Shown one piece after another: positions 9,534-17,728 of a DNA stretch of 64,000 nucleotides. Source of the DNA: Candidatus Beckwithbacteria bacterium GW2011_GWC1_49_16 (GTDB lineage: Bacteria > Patescibacteriota > Microgenomatia > UBA1400 > CG1-02-47-37); NCBI GenBank assembly GCA_001029675.1, contig CP011210.1:645663-709662 (forward strand). Direction: 5' to 3'. Made by a program: the position numbers and the translations under genes. Every line of letters starts with the position of its first letter. Position 1 is the stretch's first letter. Under the pieces are notes generated by a model that searched no databases, was not told the origin of the DNA, and saw only the letters and a program-made list of their open reading frames with translations.

Positions 9534-10252
9534 ATAGCTAACTGGTTAGTAGGCGGTCCCAGATTTAATAAAAAGGGGTTGAGGTTGGTTATCATCACCC
9601 AAAGGTTAATTGTCAGCCGGAAGGGTTCAAGATAAAAACGACCAAGTTTACCGACCCTCCACAGATAAAGTTTTTTTAGCCACAATGGATGGCTGGTTTT
9701 GACGTCAACTTGGTTAAAATAGCGAGCGAGCGAGCTTTCGAGTTCTCTTGGACTGAACTCTTGGGCGTGGAGCGTGTCGGAAAGCTTGGTGCCGATTTTA
9801 ACCGGCGTGGTGAGAATCATTTTACCTCCTGGTTTAAGGACCTTAGCAGCTTCGGTGAGCATTTTTTGGGGAGACCTTAAATGCTCGATGACTTCGGCGG
9901 CGATGACCACATCGAAAGAGTTTTCGGGAAAAGGCAGGTGGTAAGCGCTGGCTTTGATGAGCTTGGCGGCAACCCCCCTGTTTTGTAGCTGACGGCGGGC
10001 GGCTTTGAGGCTTAAAGCGTCGGTGTCTACACCGGTGAATTCTCCCGGGTGTTTTTGGGAAGCAAGATAAATCAAAACGCCGTCGCCGCAGCCTAAGTCG
10101 AGGACTTTAAGGCTTTTATCTCTCGGCAGCTGACTGATGACCTGATGGTAGCGGGCGGCGACAAAGGAGCTATAGGTAAAAATATTTTTTTCAACCTGAC
10201 GCCAATGGTAGGCGCCGCGGGATTGATACTTGGTAAAAGTTTTTTCGTTCAT
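9521..10252 (-). CDS. Class I SAM-dependent methyltransferase.
   Basis: It has the VLDLGCGDGV, TGVDTD and FDVVIAAEVIEHL motifs. Confidence 0.75.
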   Translation of the reverse strand: MNEKTFTKYQSRGAYHWRQVEKNIFTYSSFVAARYHQVISQLPRDKSLKVLDLGCGDGVLIYLASQKHPGEFTGVDTDALSLKAARRQLQNRGVAAKLIKASAYHLPFPENSFDVVIAAEVIEHLRSPQKMLTEAAKVLKPGGKMILTTPVKIGTKLSDTLHAQEFSPRELESSLARYFNQVDVKTSHPLWLKKLYLWRVGKLGRFYLEPFRLTINLWVMITNLNPFLLNLGPPTNQLAICRK

Positions 10253-11016
10253 AGTTGGCGATAGAGGCCGTAGCCTTCTTTGGGGCTTTTAGGATTAATG
10301 GTAAATACAGGCTCTAGATGAGTTTCAAGGTACTTTAAGACTTGTCCTCTTTGGCGGGAGCTGGCGCTTAGGTTTTCTTCGCCGGGGTGGTTAATATAGT
10401 CAAGAAAAATTAATCCACCGCTTTCCAAGTGATCGGCTAGGTGTTTGATGACTGCCAGTGGGTTGGGGACGTGCTCTAAAACCTGTTTAATGGTAATGAT
10501 GTCGAATTTCTCTTTGAGGGGTAGATGGCCTGGGCCGACGGTGCGAAACTTGACCTTGGAGTTGTTTTTAAAGCGCCACTTTGAAAACTTAAAAGCCGGG
10601 CAGTCAAGGTCGGCGAGCCTATAGCGCCAGCGGGGGAAAAGCTTAACCAGCCAGGCAGTTGCCGGGCCGATGCCGGCGCCGTATTCGCAAAAACTGCCCG
10701 ATTTGCCCTTGAGTAACATCGCCAAGGCCACATCCAGATAAATTTTGTGGCGGTGAAAGTAGGCCTGGCGGTAAACAAAATAGTCGGTTTCCTGGTAAAA
10801 AGAGTGAATCAGTTTTTCGCTGGTGCGTTTTTTCTCACCCCAGAGCTTGGCGGTTTGAGGCCTTTTTTTAAGATAGACGGCGACGACTTTGTCCGGCGTG
10901 GTCTTAAAATATCGGGCTAACTCCCCGGCCCAGGGTTTGGCCGGGCCGAGATGGTAGTAAACCAAATTTAATAGTCGGGTAAGATAAACTGCCGGTTTTA
11001 AAATTATTTGGGGCAT
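10249..11016 (-). CDS. Class I SAM-dependent methyltransferase (divergent).
   Basis: It has an EYGAGIG motif I, a DLD motif, and IITIKQVLEHV. Confidence 0.6.
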   Translation of the reverse strand: MPQIILKPAVYLTRLLNLVYYHLGPAKPWAGELARYFKTTPDKVVAVYLKKRPQTAKLWGEKKRTSEKLIHSFYQETDYFVYRQAYFHRHKIYLDVALAMLLKGKSGSFCEYGAGIGPATAWLVKLFPRWRYRLADLDCPAFKFSKWRFKNNSKVKFRTVGPGHLPLKEKFDIITIKQVLEHVPNPLAVIKHLADHLESGGLIFLDYINHPGEENLSASSRQRGQVLKYLETHLEPVFTINPKSPKEGYGLYRQL

Positions 11017-12095
11017 GATTTTAAAAGTTCAATTTCCTGATAGATCAGCTTTTTGATGTCAAAGTTTTCCTTGACGAAGCGGCGGCCTGCTCGGCCCAGG
11101 CGAAAGGCTAACTTGGGGCTAACTAGCAAGCGGTCCAGTTTCCGGGCCAGTCCCGGGGCGGTAGCGGCTACCAAACCGGTGTGATTGTCTTTGACTAAGT
11201 TGCCGGCAAAAGGGGTGGTTAAAGTGGCGCAAGCGCAGCTTAGGGCTTCGAGCAGCACCTTGGGCTGGCCTTCGATTTTGGAGGTGAGGGCAAAGACGCC
11301 GGCTTGCTGGTAGTAGCTTAAGAGCTTTTGGTGGAACATCGGGGGTAAAAAGGTCAATTTAAGTTTAAGCTTTTTGGCGGTTTTAATCAGGCTTTTCTTG
11401 AGCGGTCCCCGACCGACTATAACCAAGTCGATTTTAGAACGATGCCGGCTAAGGCTGACGATTTTTAACATCAGCTGGTGGTTTTTTTGATGGGTGAGCC
11501 TGCCGACGGTTAAAACCTGGTAGGGTTTTTTTGAGCGTGGGGCGGGCTTGAAGACTCTTGGGTCAACGCCGTTGGGCAGAAAAACAACTTTTTCAGCGTA
11601 ACCTCGGCGCTTTAAGTCTCTCTCAACCTCCGGCGAGGTGACGATGATTTTGCTTGCCAGTTTTAAAGAAGGCAGGGTGGCCCAATTTAGCAGTTTAGCT
11701 AAACCGGGCCTTTGGTCGATATGGGCAAACTGGGCGTAGTCGTAGCCGTAGGTGACCACATAGGGTTTGCGGTAGATAAGTCTCATCAGGGCTGCCGGCA
11801 GGCCGCCGGTTGCCTGAAAGACCCGGAAGACGCTGATGCCGCTGATAAGCCGGGGGTAGAAAAAAGGCAGCAGCAGCTGGTAGGCGCGGTAAGGAATTAA
11901 CTTGGGCTTGGGGACCAAGACAACCTTTGGGGGCAGCTTGGACCTGAAGCTGGCGTCGGCGTAACTAAAAAGGTAAACCCGGTCAAAGTCTTTAGCGTAG
12001 GGCTTTAAGTAATAACTGACCAGCCGGTCAAGCTGGCCGGATTGGTATTGTTTTTTTAAGCTGTCACCCGGGGTGAGGAGTAAACCTAATTTCAT
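11004..12095 (-). CDS. GT4 (GT-B) glycosyltransferase.
   Basis: It has the C-terminal E-x7-E-like region EGQPKVLLEALSCACATLTT. Confidence 0.75.
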   Translation of the reverse strand: MKLGLLLTPGDSLKKQYQSGQLDRLVSYYLKPYAKDFDRVYLFSYADASFRSKLPPKVVLVPKPKLIPYRAYQLLLPFFYPRLISGISVFRVFQATGGLPAALMRLIYRKPYVVTYGYDYAQFAHIDQRPGLAKLLNWATLPSLKLASKIIVTSPEVERDLKRRGYAEKVVFLPNGVDPRVFKPAPRSKKPYQVLTVGRLTHQKNHQLMLKIVSLSRHRSKIDLVIVGRGPLKKSLIKTAKKLKLKLTFLPPMFHQKLLSYYQQAGVFALTSKIEGQPKVLLEALSCACATLTTPFAGNLVKDNHTGLVAATAPGLARKLDRLLVSPKLAFRLGRAGRRFVKENFDIKKLIYQEIELLKSCPK

Positions 12096-13303
12096 CTGCT
12101 TAACTGATTATATAGCTTGAGGTGGGCGGCGACGATTTTTTGGCGGTTGAAGCGCCGCTTTAGCAGCTTGAGGCTGTTTTGGCCTAAAAGCTTCAGGTTT
12201 TGGCGGCTGACGACTTTTTTGATGGCGGCGGCTACTTGGTACGGATCGTCGGGGTTGACCACTAAACCATTGTCTTTGACCAGCCGGGGATTGGCGCCGC
12301 GGTTGGAGGCAATAATGGGCAGGCCGGCCGACAGGGCTTCAAGGCCGGCGCGGGATAAGGGCTCGGGCCAGCGGGAAAGGATGATAAATAAACTGGCTTT
12401 GGAGTAGAGCTTAACCACTTTTGCGTGGGGCAACTGGCCGAGATAAGTAACGTTTGGGGGAAATTTGCTTTTTAAAGAAATGTTCTTGGCGCCGGCTAAG
12501 ATAAAGCGGTATTCAGGTAACCGGCCGGCTGCCTGAATCAGGGTATCGCTGCCTTTACCATAAGACAGCTTGCCAACTGATAAAATCGTCTTTTTTCCCC
12601 GAGCGAGTTTACCCTGCTTGCCCCCCTTCGCCAAGGCTTCTGGGGGTAAATTGTAAATGGTAGTTACCTTTTTGACGCCTGAAAGGCGGTAGATTTTTTG
12701 AAGCTCGGGGCTGACGGCGATGACTTGGTCGGCGGCCAGAAGAAACTGTTTTAAAACCAGCTGCTGGAGTTTGGCTACTACCAGCCATGGGGCCAAAAAA
12801 GGCCAGGTTAACCGGTTGGGCTGGTAACGAACCAGGTATTCGGGGATCTCCTGGGTAAGGTAGGTTGAAAAATGACAGCTTGGCTTACCTTGAGTGAAGC
12901 AAACGGCCAAAGGGCACAAGAATTTAAAATCGCGGACTGTGGCTGCCACCGGAGTGCGGGTCAGTTTACCGGCTAAAACTCCCGCCGGCAGGATGTATTT
13001 GCCGTGGACGTGGATTAAGTCGATTTGGTGTTTTCTGACAGCCCGGGCCAGATAAAAGGCGGCGTAAAGCCAAAACACGGGGTTGTTAAACCAAAGGGGC
13101 GATAGGGTTTGACCGGGGGCGACCTTTTTGGGAAAAGGGAACTTACCTACAAGGACTCTCCTTGTAGGTTTTGGAGATAAGTCTGGGGAAAGAACATAAA
13201 CCCGGTGCTTTTTGCCAAGCTTTTCTGCCAGCGCCTGCATGCTGAATTCGGCCCCGGAAACGGCGTTGGGGTCGGCGTATTCGTTGGCGAAAATGATTTT
13301 CAG
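12092..13303 (-). CDS. GT4 glycosyltransferase. The ORF track gives the start as ATG 13240, but the conserved N-terminal strand lies upstream in-frame with no canonical start.
   Basis: The C-terminal GT4 motif is SRWPEPLSRAGLEALSAGLPIIAS. In frame upstream of the ATG at 13240, the sequence encodes LKIIFANEYADPNAVSGAEFS. This is the canonical GT4 N-terminus (MKI…YPP..GG.E). Confidence 0.7.
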   Translation of the reverse strand: MKIIFANEYADPNAVSGAEFSMQALAEKLGKKHRVYVLSPDLSPKPTRRVLVGKFPFPKKVAPGQTLSPLWFNNPVFWLYAAFYLARAVRKHQIDLIHVHGKYILPAGVLAGKLTRTPVAATVRDFKFLCPLAVCFTQGKPSCHFSTYLTQEIPEYLVRYQPNRLTWPFLAPWLVVAKLQQLVLKQFLLAADQVIAVSPELQKIYRLSGVKKVTTIYNLPPEALAKGGKQGKLARGKKTILSVGKLSYGKGSDTLIQAAGRLPEYRFILAGAKNISLKSKFPPNVTYLGQLPHAKVVKLYSKASLFIILSRWPEPLSRAGLEALSAGLPIIASNRGANPRLVKDNGLVVNPDDPYQVAAAIKKVVSRQNLKLLGQNSLKLLKRRFNRQKIVAAHLKLYNQLSR

Positions 13304-13372
13304 GCTTGTAAACTGTAAACTGTAAATAGTAAACAGTAATTAATTACTAATTACCGATTACTAATTACCGAT
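13304..13372. repeat. AT-rich degenerate heptamer tandem repeat with an internal palindrome.
   Basis: The repeat reads TGTAAAC TGTAAAC TGTAAAT AGTAAAC AGTAATT AATTACT AATTACC GATTACT AATTACC GATTACG. AGTAATTAATTACT within it is a perfect palindrome. It is the only substantial non-coding stretch in the window. Confidence 0.6.
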
Positions 13373-14480
13373 TACGGCCTCCTTTAATCAATTTATTAAT
13401 AACTGCCATGTGGGTGTCAATGTTTTTCTTCCAAGTAAAGGTTTTAACTGCGTGTTGTCTGGCCGCTTGACCCATTTGGCGGCGCAGTTTCTCTGATTTA
13501 ATTAATTGAAGCGTGGAGTTTACCCAGGGGTCAACCGCGCCGGTTTCGGCCAGAAAACCGGTTTTGCCGGGAATGATCAGCTCTTTGATGGATGAGTTGT
13601 CGGCGGCGACTGCCGGAACAGCACAAGCGGCGGCCTCGGTAACGGTCATACCAAAACCTTCCTTAAATGAAGGCAGGAACAAAACGTCGGCCAGACGGTA
13701 GAAATCCGGCTTTTCGTCTTCGGGAACAAAGCCGGTAAAACGGACTTTATCCTCTACCCCCAGCCTTTTGGCTTGGGGCTTTAGTTCCAAAAGCTCGGGG
13801 CCGGTGCCGGCAAAAACTAAAACCAGCCGGGGCTGGTTTAACCTCTTTATCAGTCTAAGGAGAAAACCAGGGTTTTTCCGGGGCTTAAGGCCTCCTAAAT
13901 ACATTAGCACCGTTTTCCCTTGAAGGTTAAACTGGTCGATAAGTCTTTTCGGTTTAGGTCCGGGAGCAAAACGGCTATCTACTCCGGGGTAGGCCAAGTC
14001 AATTTTGGCAACGGGAAAACCAAGGCGGTCGACCAGCTCCTGTTTAGTGGAACGGCTGATGGCAATGATGTGGTCGTAGGCGGAAATGGTGGCTTTGGCG
14101 ATGAAAAAATTAACCCCGTCTTCCAGGTGCAAAAAAGAGCCTAAAACCGGCACTTGAGGAAAAAGTTTTTTAAAAGCCAAAACGGCCGGGCCTAGAAAAT
14201 AAGGGTTGTGGATTCTTAAAACGTCAAATCGGTAAGTCAGGTAGGTTTTAACCAGGTAAGGCAGGGCAAACAAAGAAAAAATATGGGGCGGGACCATGGA
14301 GCGGATCAGGGCATACTTAACCTGGAGGTTGACTGATTCAGGGTGGCTTCTGCCCCGGGGAAGCAGGATTAAAACTTTGAGGTTTTTTTGGGCCAGCCTC
14401 AGCAAAATCTCCCGGTCGTAGACTTCTCCGCCGGAGTTTGATTGGGGCGCCAGACCCAGCTGGGGGGAACAAATGATCAT
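13365..14480 (-). CDS. GT4 glycosyltransferase.
   Basis: It has the EGFGMTVTEAAACAVPAVAADNSSIKE (E-x7-E) motif and an N-terminal MIICSPQLG…GGE. Confidence 0.8.
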   Translation of the reverse strand: MIICSPQLGLAPQSNSGGEVYDREILLRLAQKNLKVLILLPRGRSHPESVNLQVKYALIRSMVPPHIFSLFALPYLVKTYLTYRFDVLRIHNPYFLGPAVLAFKKLFPQVPVLGSFLHLEDGVNFFIAKATISAYDHIIAISRSTKQELVDRLGFPVAKIDLAYPGVDSRFAPGPKPKRLIDQFNLQGKTVLMYLGGLKPRKNPGFLLRLIKRLNQPRLVLVFAGTGPELLELKPQAKRLGVEDKVRFTGFVPEDEKPDFYRLADVLFLPSFKEGFGMTVTEAAACAVPAVAADNSSIKELIIPGKTGFLAETGAVDPWVNSTLQLIKSEKLRRQMGQAARQHAVKTFTWKKNIDTHMAVINKLIKGGRNR

Positions 14481-14532
14481 GTAATCAGTAAACAGTAACT
14501 ATTATAGCGTATGGCCGTGATACAATTGAGCC
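14481..14532. promoter_or_regulatory. Divergent promoter region between a GT4 gene (minus strand) and an epimerase gene (plus strand).
   Basis: On the minus strand, TATAAT (plus coords 14503..14508) lies 22 nt upstream of ATG. On the plus strand, TACAAT (14521..14526) lies 6 nt before ATG 14533. The region also contains the TTACTGTTTACTG motif shared with 13304..13345. Confidence 0.3.
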
Positions 14533-15390
14533 ATGAAGTCGGCATTAATCACCGGCAGCAGCGGTTTCATCGGCCAACATTTGATAGCGGCTTTAAAAAA
14601 ACTGGGGGTAACCACGTTTGAGTTTTCCCGAAGCCGGGGAAAGGATTTGACTGACAGGGCCGATTTTGCCGATTTACCCCCAGTGGAAGCAGTTTTTCAT
14701 CTGGGAGCGGTGTCGGGCTACAAAGATTCGAACCAAGATCCGCTTAAAGCATATCGGGTTAATGTTCTGGGCACGGTCAATGTTTTGGAGTATTGCCGCG
14801 GGGCCGGCGCTAAAATGATTTTTCCCAGCACCTATGTTTACGCCCCGCCCTATGAAACTCATAAAAAAGAGACTGATCCTGCCAGGCCGACGACCCACTA
14901 CTCGATGACTAAGTATTTGGGGGAAAGGCTGTGCCGCTTTTACTCCCGGGTTTTTGGGGCGAACACTCTGATACTGCGAACTTCCAATGTTTACGGCCAG
15001 GGCCAGACGGCAAAATATATCGTTCCCATCGTAGTCAAGCACGTCTTGGACAAAAAACCTTTGGGGCTGACCAAGCCCGGGGTGGAAAGGGGCTTTATCT
15101 TTATCGACGACTTGGTCGAAGCCTACATCAAATTGTCCGAAGCTGAAACCCGCCCCGGGGAAGTGTTTAATGTCGGCCCGAACCAACCCACCAGGTTAGA
15201 CGATTTGGTTAAAACCATCATCAAGCTGGCAGGCAACAAAACCAAGGTAGTTTACTCGGGTAAAGAAAGATCTCACGAGGTGGGGCAAAACCGGATTGAC
15301 ATCACTAAGCTGAAAAACAAGCTCAAGTGGCAGCCAAAAGTAGGGCTGGAAGAGGGTTTAAAGCGCTATCTTACTTCTCTTGGTCGGTAA
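14533..15390 (+). CDS. NAD-dependent nucleotide-sugar epimerase/dehydratase (SDR family).
   Basis: It has a GSSGFIG Rossmann motif and YSMTK (YxxxK). Confidence 0.8.
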   Translation: MKSALITGSSGFIGQHLIAALKKLGVTTFEFSRSRGKDLTDRADFADLPPVEAVFHLGAVSGYKDSNQDPLKAYRVNVLGTVNVLEYCRGAGAKMIFPSTYVYAPPYETHKKETDPARPTTHYSMTKYLGERLCRFYSRVFGANTLILRTSNVYGQGQTAKYIVPIVVKHVLDKKPLGLTKPGVERGFIFIDDLVEAYIKLSEAETRPGEVFNVGPNQPTRLDDLVKTIIKLAGNKTKVVYSGKERSHEVGQNRIDITKLKNKLKWQPKVGLEEGLKRYLTSLGR

Positions 15391-15946
15391 ACTGAAAGGA
15401 AACAACCATTTGCAGCAGGTTTTTGTCGAAATAGCTCCTGACGTCGGGATGGGTCCCGGTCCAAGACAGCCGGTAAACGTACTCCTGGTGAGCAACATAA
15501 ACGTTGATTTGGTCGCCCCCTTCGCCAAGGTTGTCTATCAGTAAGGCCGGTTCTTGATCGATTTTCAAACTACGCGCCACATAGCCCTGGTTCTGTAAAT
15601 CGACCACTTCGGGGTAATTTTTCAGCTCTGCGGAGAAACTGTTGACAGTAACTTCGAAAGTAACGTGGGGGGAACCCAGTTTATCCTCGGGGACGTTAGC
15701 GATTAGGGTGGTGGCAGGCAGCTGGCTGCCGGAGTCTTCTTTTAAGATATACCAGGCATGGTGGTACTTTAACTGGTAGGGAAATTTGGGATGACGGTAC
15801 TGCCTCCAGCCGACAAAGTTTAACTCGTCGGGCGAAGGGCTGGGTTGGGGAGATTGGGCCGGCACCACTTTAAAAACAGACACCAACCCCAGGGCTAATA
15901 AGAATGCCCCTAAAACCAAAAGCACTGGCTTGAGTTTCAGCTTCAT
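15371..15946 (-). CDS. Secreted or lipid-anchored hypothetical protein with a Ser/Pro-rich N-terminal linker.
   Basis: It has a signal-peptide-like N-terminus MKLKLKPVLLVLGAFLLALGLVSVF. This is followed by AQSPQPSPSPDE. No family was recognised. Confidence 0.45.
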   Translation of the reverse strand: MKLKLKPVLLVLGAFLLALGLVSVFKVVPAQSPQPSPSPDELNFVGWRQYRHPKFPYQLKYHHAWYILKEDSGSQLPATTLIANVPEDKLGSPHVTFEVTVNSFSAELKNYPEVVDLQNQGYVARSLKIDQEPALLIDNLGEGGDQINVYVAHQEYVYRLSWTGTHPDVRSYFDKNLLQMVVSFQFTDQEK

Positions 15947-15966
15947 TTATTTTAAGTATAGCAACT

Positions 15967-16764
15967 TTAACTCTGCCAAAAAAGCCGCCGATAAAGAGGT
16001 TTTTTGACAAAAGCTGGCACCAGATAAGATAAAGCCGGTTTGATCAATTTAAAGCTTTCGCTTTTGGGGTAGCCGTAACGGGTAAGGGCGAGCCAGCGGG
16101 CCTTGAGGGCAAAGCGCTCTTGAGTTTTGAGGTGACGCAAAGATATCGCCCGGGGAGAATCGACCCGGTATTTTAATAAAGGAGTGGTAAGATTGGCGCC
16201 TTTAAAGCGGGAAAGCACACGCAAAGCAAACTCGTAGTCCTGGGCGTAGGTAAACTCGGAGTTATAAAAACCAATGGCTTCGATAACTTGGCGTCTTAAC
16301 ATCCAGGTGGGATGAATAAAGGGGCAAAAGCGCAAAGCGGCTTGGCGGATGATCTCGGGCGTTGCCGGCGGACGCTTAATTTTTAAGAATCTGCCCGAAG
16401 GACCAACTAAGCTGACGGCGCTGCCCAGAAGGCCAATGTCAGGATGAGTTTCAAGATAATCCAGCTGAAGTTTAAAACGATCAGGAAGACTAACATCGTC
16501 GGCATCCATGCGGGCCACGTATTGGCTCCGAGCTTTTTTCAACCCCAGGTTGAGAGACCGAGTTAAACCCAGGCGGGTCTGATTGGTGATAATTTTGACC
16601 CGCTGGTCTTTAATTTTTTTGAGGCTGGCGGCGGTTTTGGCGGTGGAGGCGTCGTTGACGATAATAAACTCAAAGTCTTTGAAGCTTTGGTTTAAAACGC
16701 TTTTGACGGCCGCCTCCAGAGTATCAGCTTGATTAAAAACCGCCATGACCACCGACAGTTTCAT
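15967..16764 (-). CDS. GT2 glycosyltransferase.
   Basis: It has the LSVVMAVFNQ, IIVNDAS and DADDV motifs. Confidence 0.8.
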   Translation of the reverse strand: MKLSVVMAVFNQADTLEAAVKSVLNQSFKDFEFIIVNDASTAKTAASLKKIKDQRVKIITNQTRLGLTRSLNLGLKKARSQYVARMDADDVSLPDRFKLQLDYLETHPDIGLLGSAVSLVGPSGRFLKIKRPPATPEIIRQAALRFCPFIHPTWMLRRQVIEAIGFYNSEFTYAQDYEFALRVLSRFKGANLTTPLLKYRVDSPRAISLRHLKTQERFALKARWLALTRYGYPKSESFKLIKPALSYLVPAFVKKPLYRRLFWQS

Positions 16765-16804
16765 AGACTAAATTTAGTTTAACATAGGATGGTACAATAA
16801 AAAC

Positions 16805-17728
16805 ATGCGCGCATTTATTACCGGCATCGACGGTTTTACCGGAAGGCATCTGGTTGAATTTTTAAAGAAAAAAGGTATTAGGGTCACCGGGGTTGATTTA
16901 GAGACAACCCGCTATAACCGCTTAAACTTAACTGATAGGGAAAAGCTATTTGAGGTGTTAAAAAAAACCAAACCCGATTATATTTTTCATCTGGCCAGCC
17001 CGATTTTGCGAAGCGACCGGCTGATCGATGACAACCTGGCCAAAAACTTAGAAGTGGATTTATTTGGCACGGTTAACCTGTTACAAGCGGCCAGTAACTT
17101 AACCAAAAAACCCAGAGTTTTAATCGCCGGAACAGCGGCGGTTTATAAACCAGAAGAAAAAAAGCCTTTTAAAGAAAACGCCGGCTTGGAGCCGGCAACG
17201 GCCTATGGTTTGAGTAAGTTAACTCAAGAGCTTGTTTGCTTAAGCTTAGCCAAAAGCTATCGACTGCCTTTGATAATAACTCGGAGTATTTTACTGATCG
17301 GCCCCCATCAATCACCGGGATTTGTGGTTAACGACTTTTGCCGCTTTGTGGCAGAATGTGAGGCCGGCAAAGAAAAACCTGTACTTAAAACCGGTAATTT
17401 GAGCATCAAACGGGATTTTACTGATGTCAGAGACGGGGTTAAGGCTTACTTAAGCTTAATTAAAAAAGGCAAGGCCGGCGAAGTTTACAACGTCTGCTCG
17501 GGCAGGGTTTATTCTATCGGTGAAGTGGTCGACTGGCTCAAAAAAAACAGCCTCAAGCCTTTCCGGGTGTTGGCGTCAAAGAAAAAACTGCGGGCCAACG
17601 ACCCCAAAGTGATCACGGCAGACAACACCAAGCTAAGGCAAGCCACGGGCTGGCGGCCGGAAGTTAGCTTTGAGGAAAGCTTGAAAGACACCTTGAATTA
17701 CTGGCGCAACGAAATTAAAGCCCGATAG
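16805..17728 (+). CDS. SDR-family reductase resembling GDP-4-keto-6-deoxy-D-mannose reductase (Rmd-like).
   Basis: The sequence ITGIDGFTGRHL…YGLSK…RDFTDVRDGV…GKAGEVYNVCSG parallels the P. aeruginosa Rmd motifs VTGLSGFVGKHL…RDFLDVQDV…GEAGAVYNVCSG (sequence recalled from memory). Confidence 0.55.
   Translation: MRAFITGIDGFTGRHLVEFLKKKGIRVTGVDLETTRYNRLNLTDREKLFEVLKKTKPDYIFHLASPILRSDRLIDDNLAKNLEVDLFGTVNLLQAASNLTKKPRVLIAGTAAVYKPEEKKPFKENAGLEPATAYGLSKLTQELVCLSLAKSYRLPLIITRSILLIGPHQSPGFVVNDFCRFVAECEAGKEKPVLKTGNLSIKRDFTDVRDGVKAYLSLIKKGKAGEVYNVCSGRVYSIGEVVDWLKKNSLKPFRVLASKKKLRANDPKVITADNTKLRQATGWRPEVSFEESLKDTLNYWRNEIKAR

Noticed and set aside
13304-13372. Possible CRISPR array or tRNA in the only sizeable non-coding stretch.
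   Set aside because: The repeats are 7-nt degenerate units with no spacers, far too short for CRISPR. The stretch is extremely AT-rich with no cloverleaf-compatible stems. Part of the region is probably the 5' coding end of the GT4 gene.
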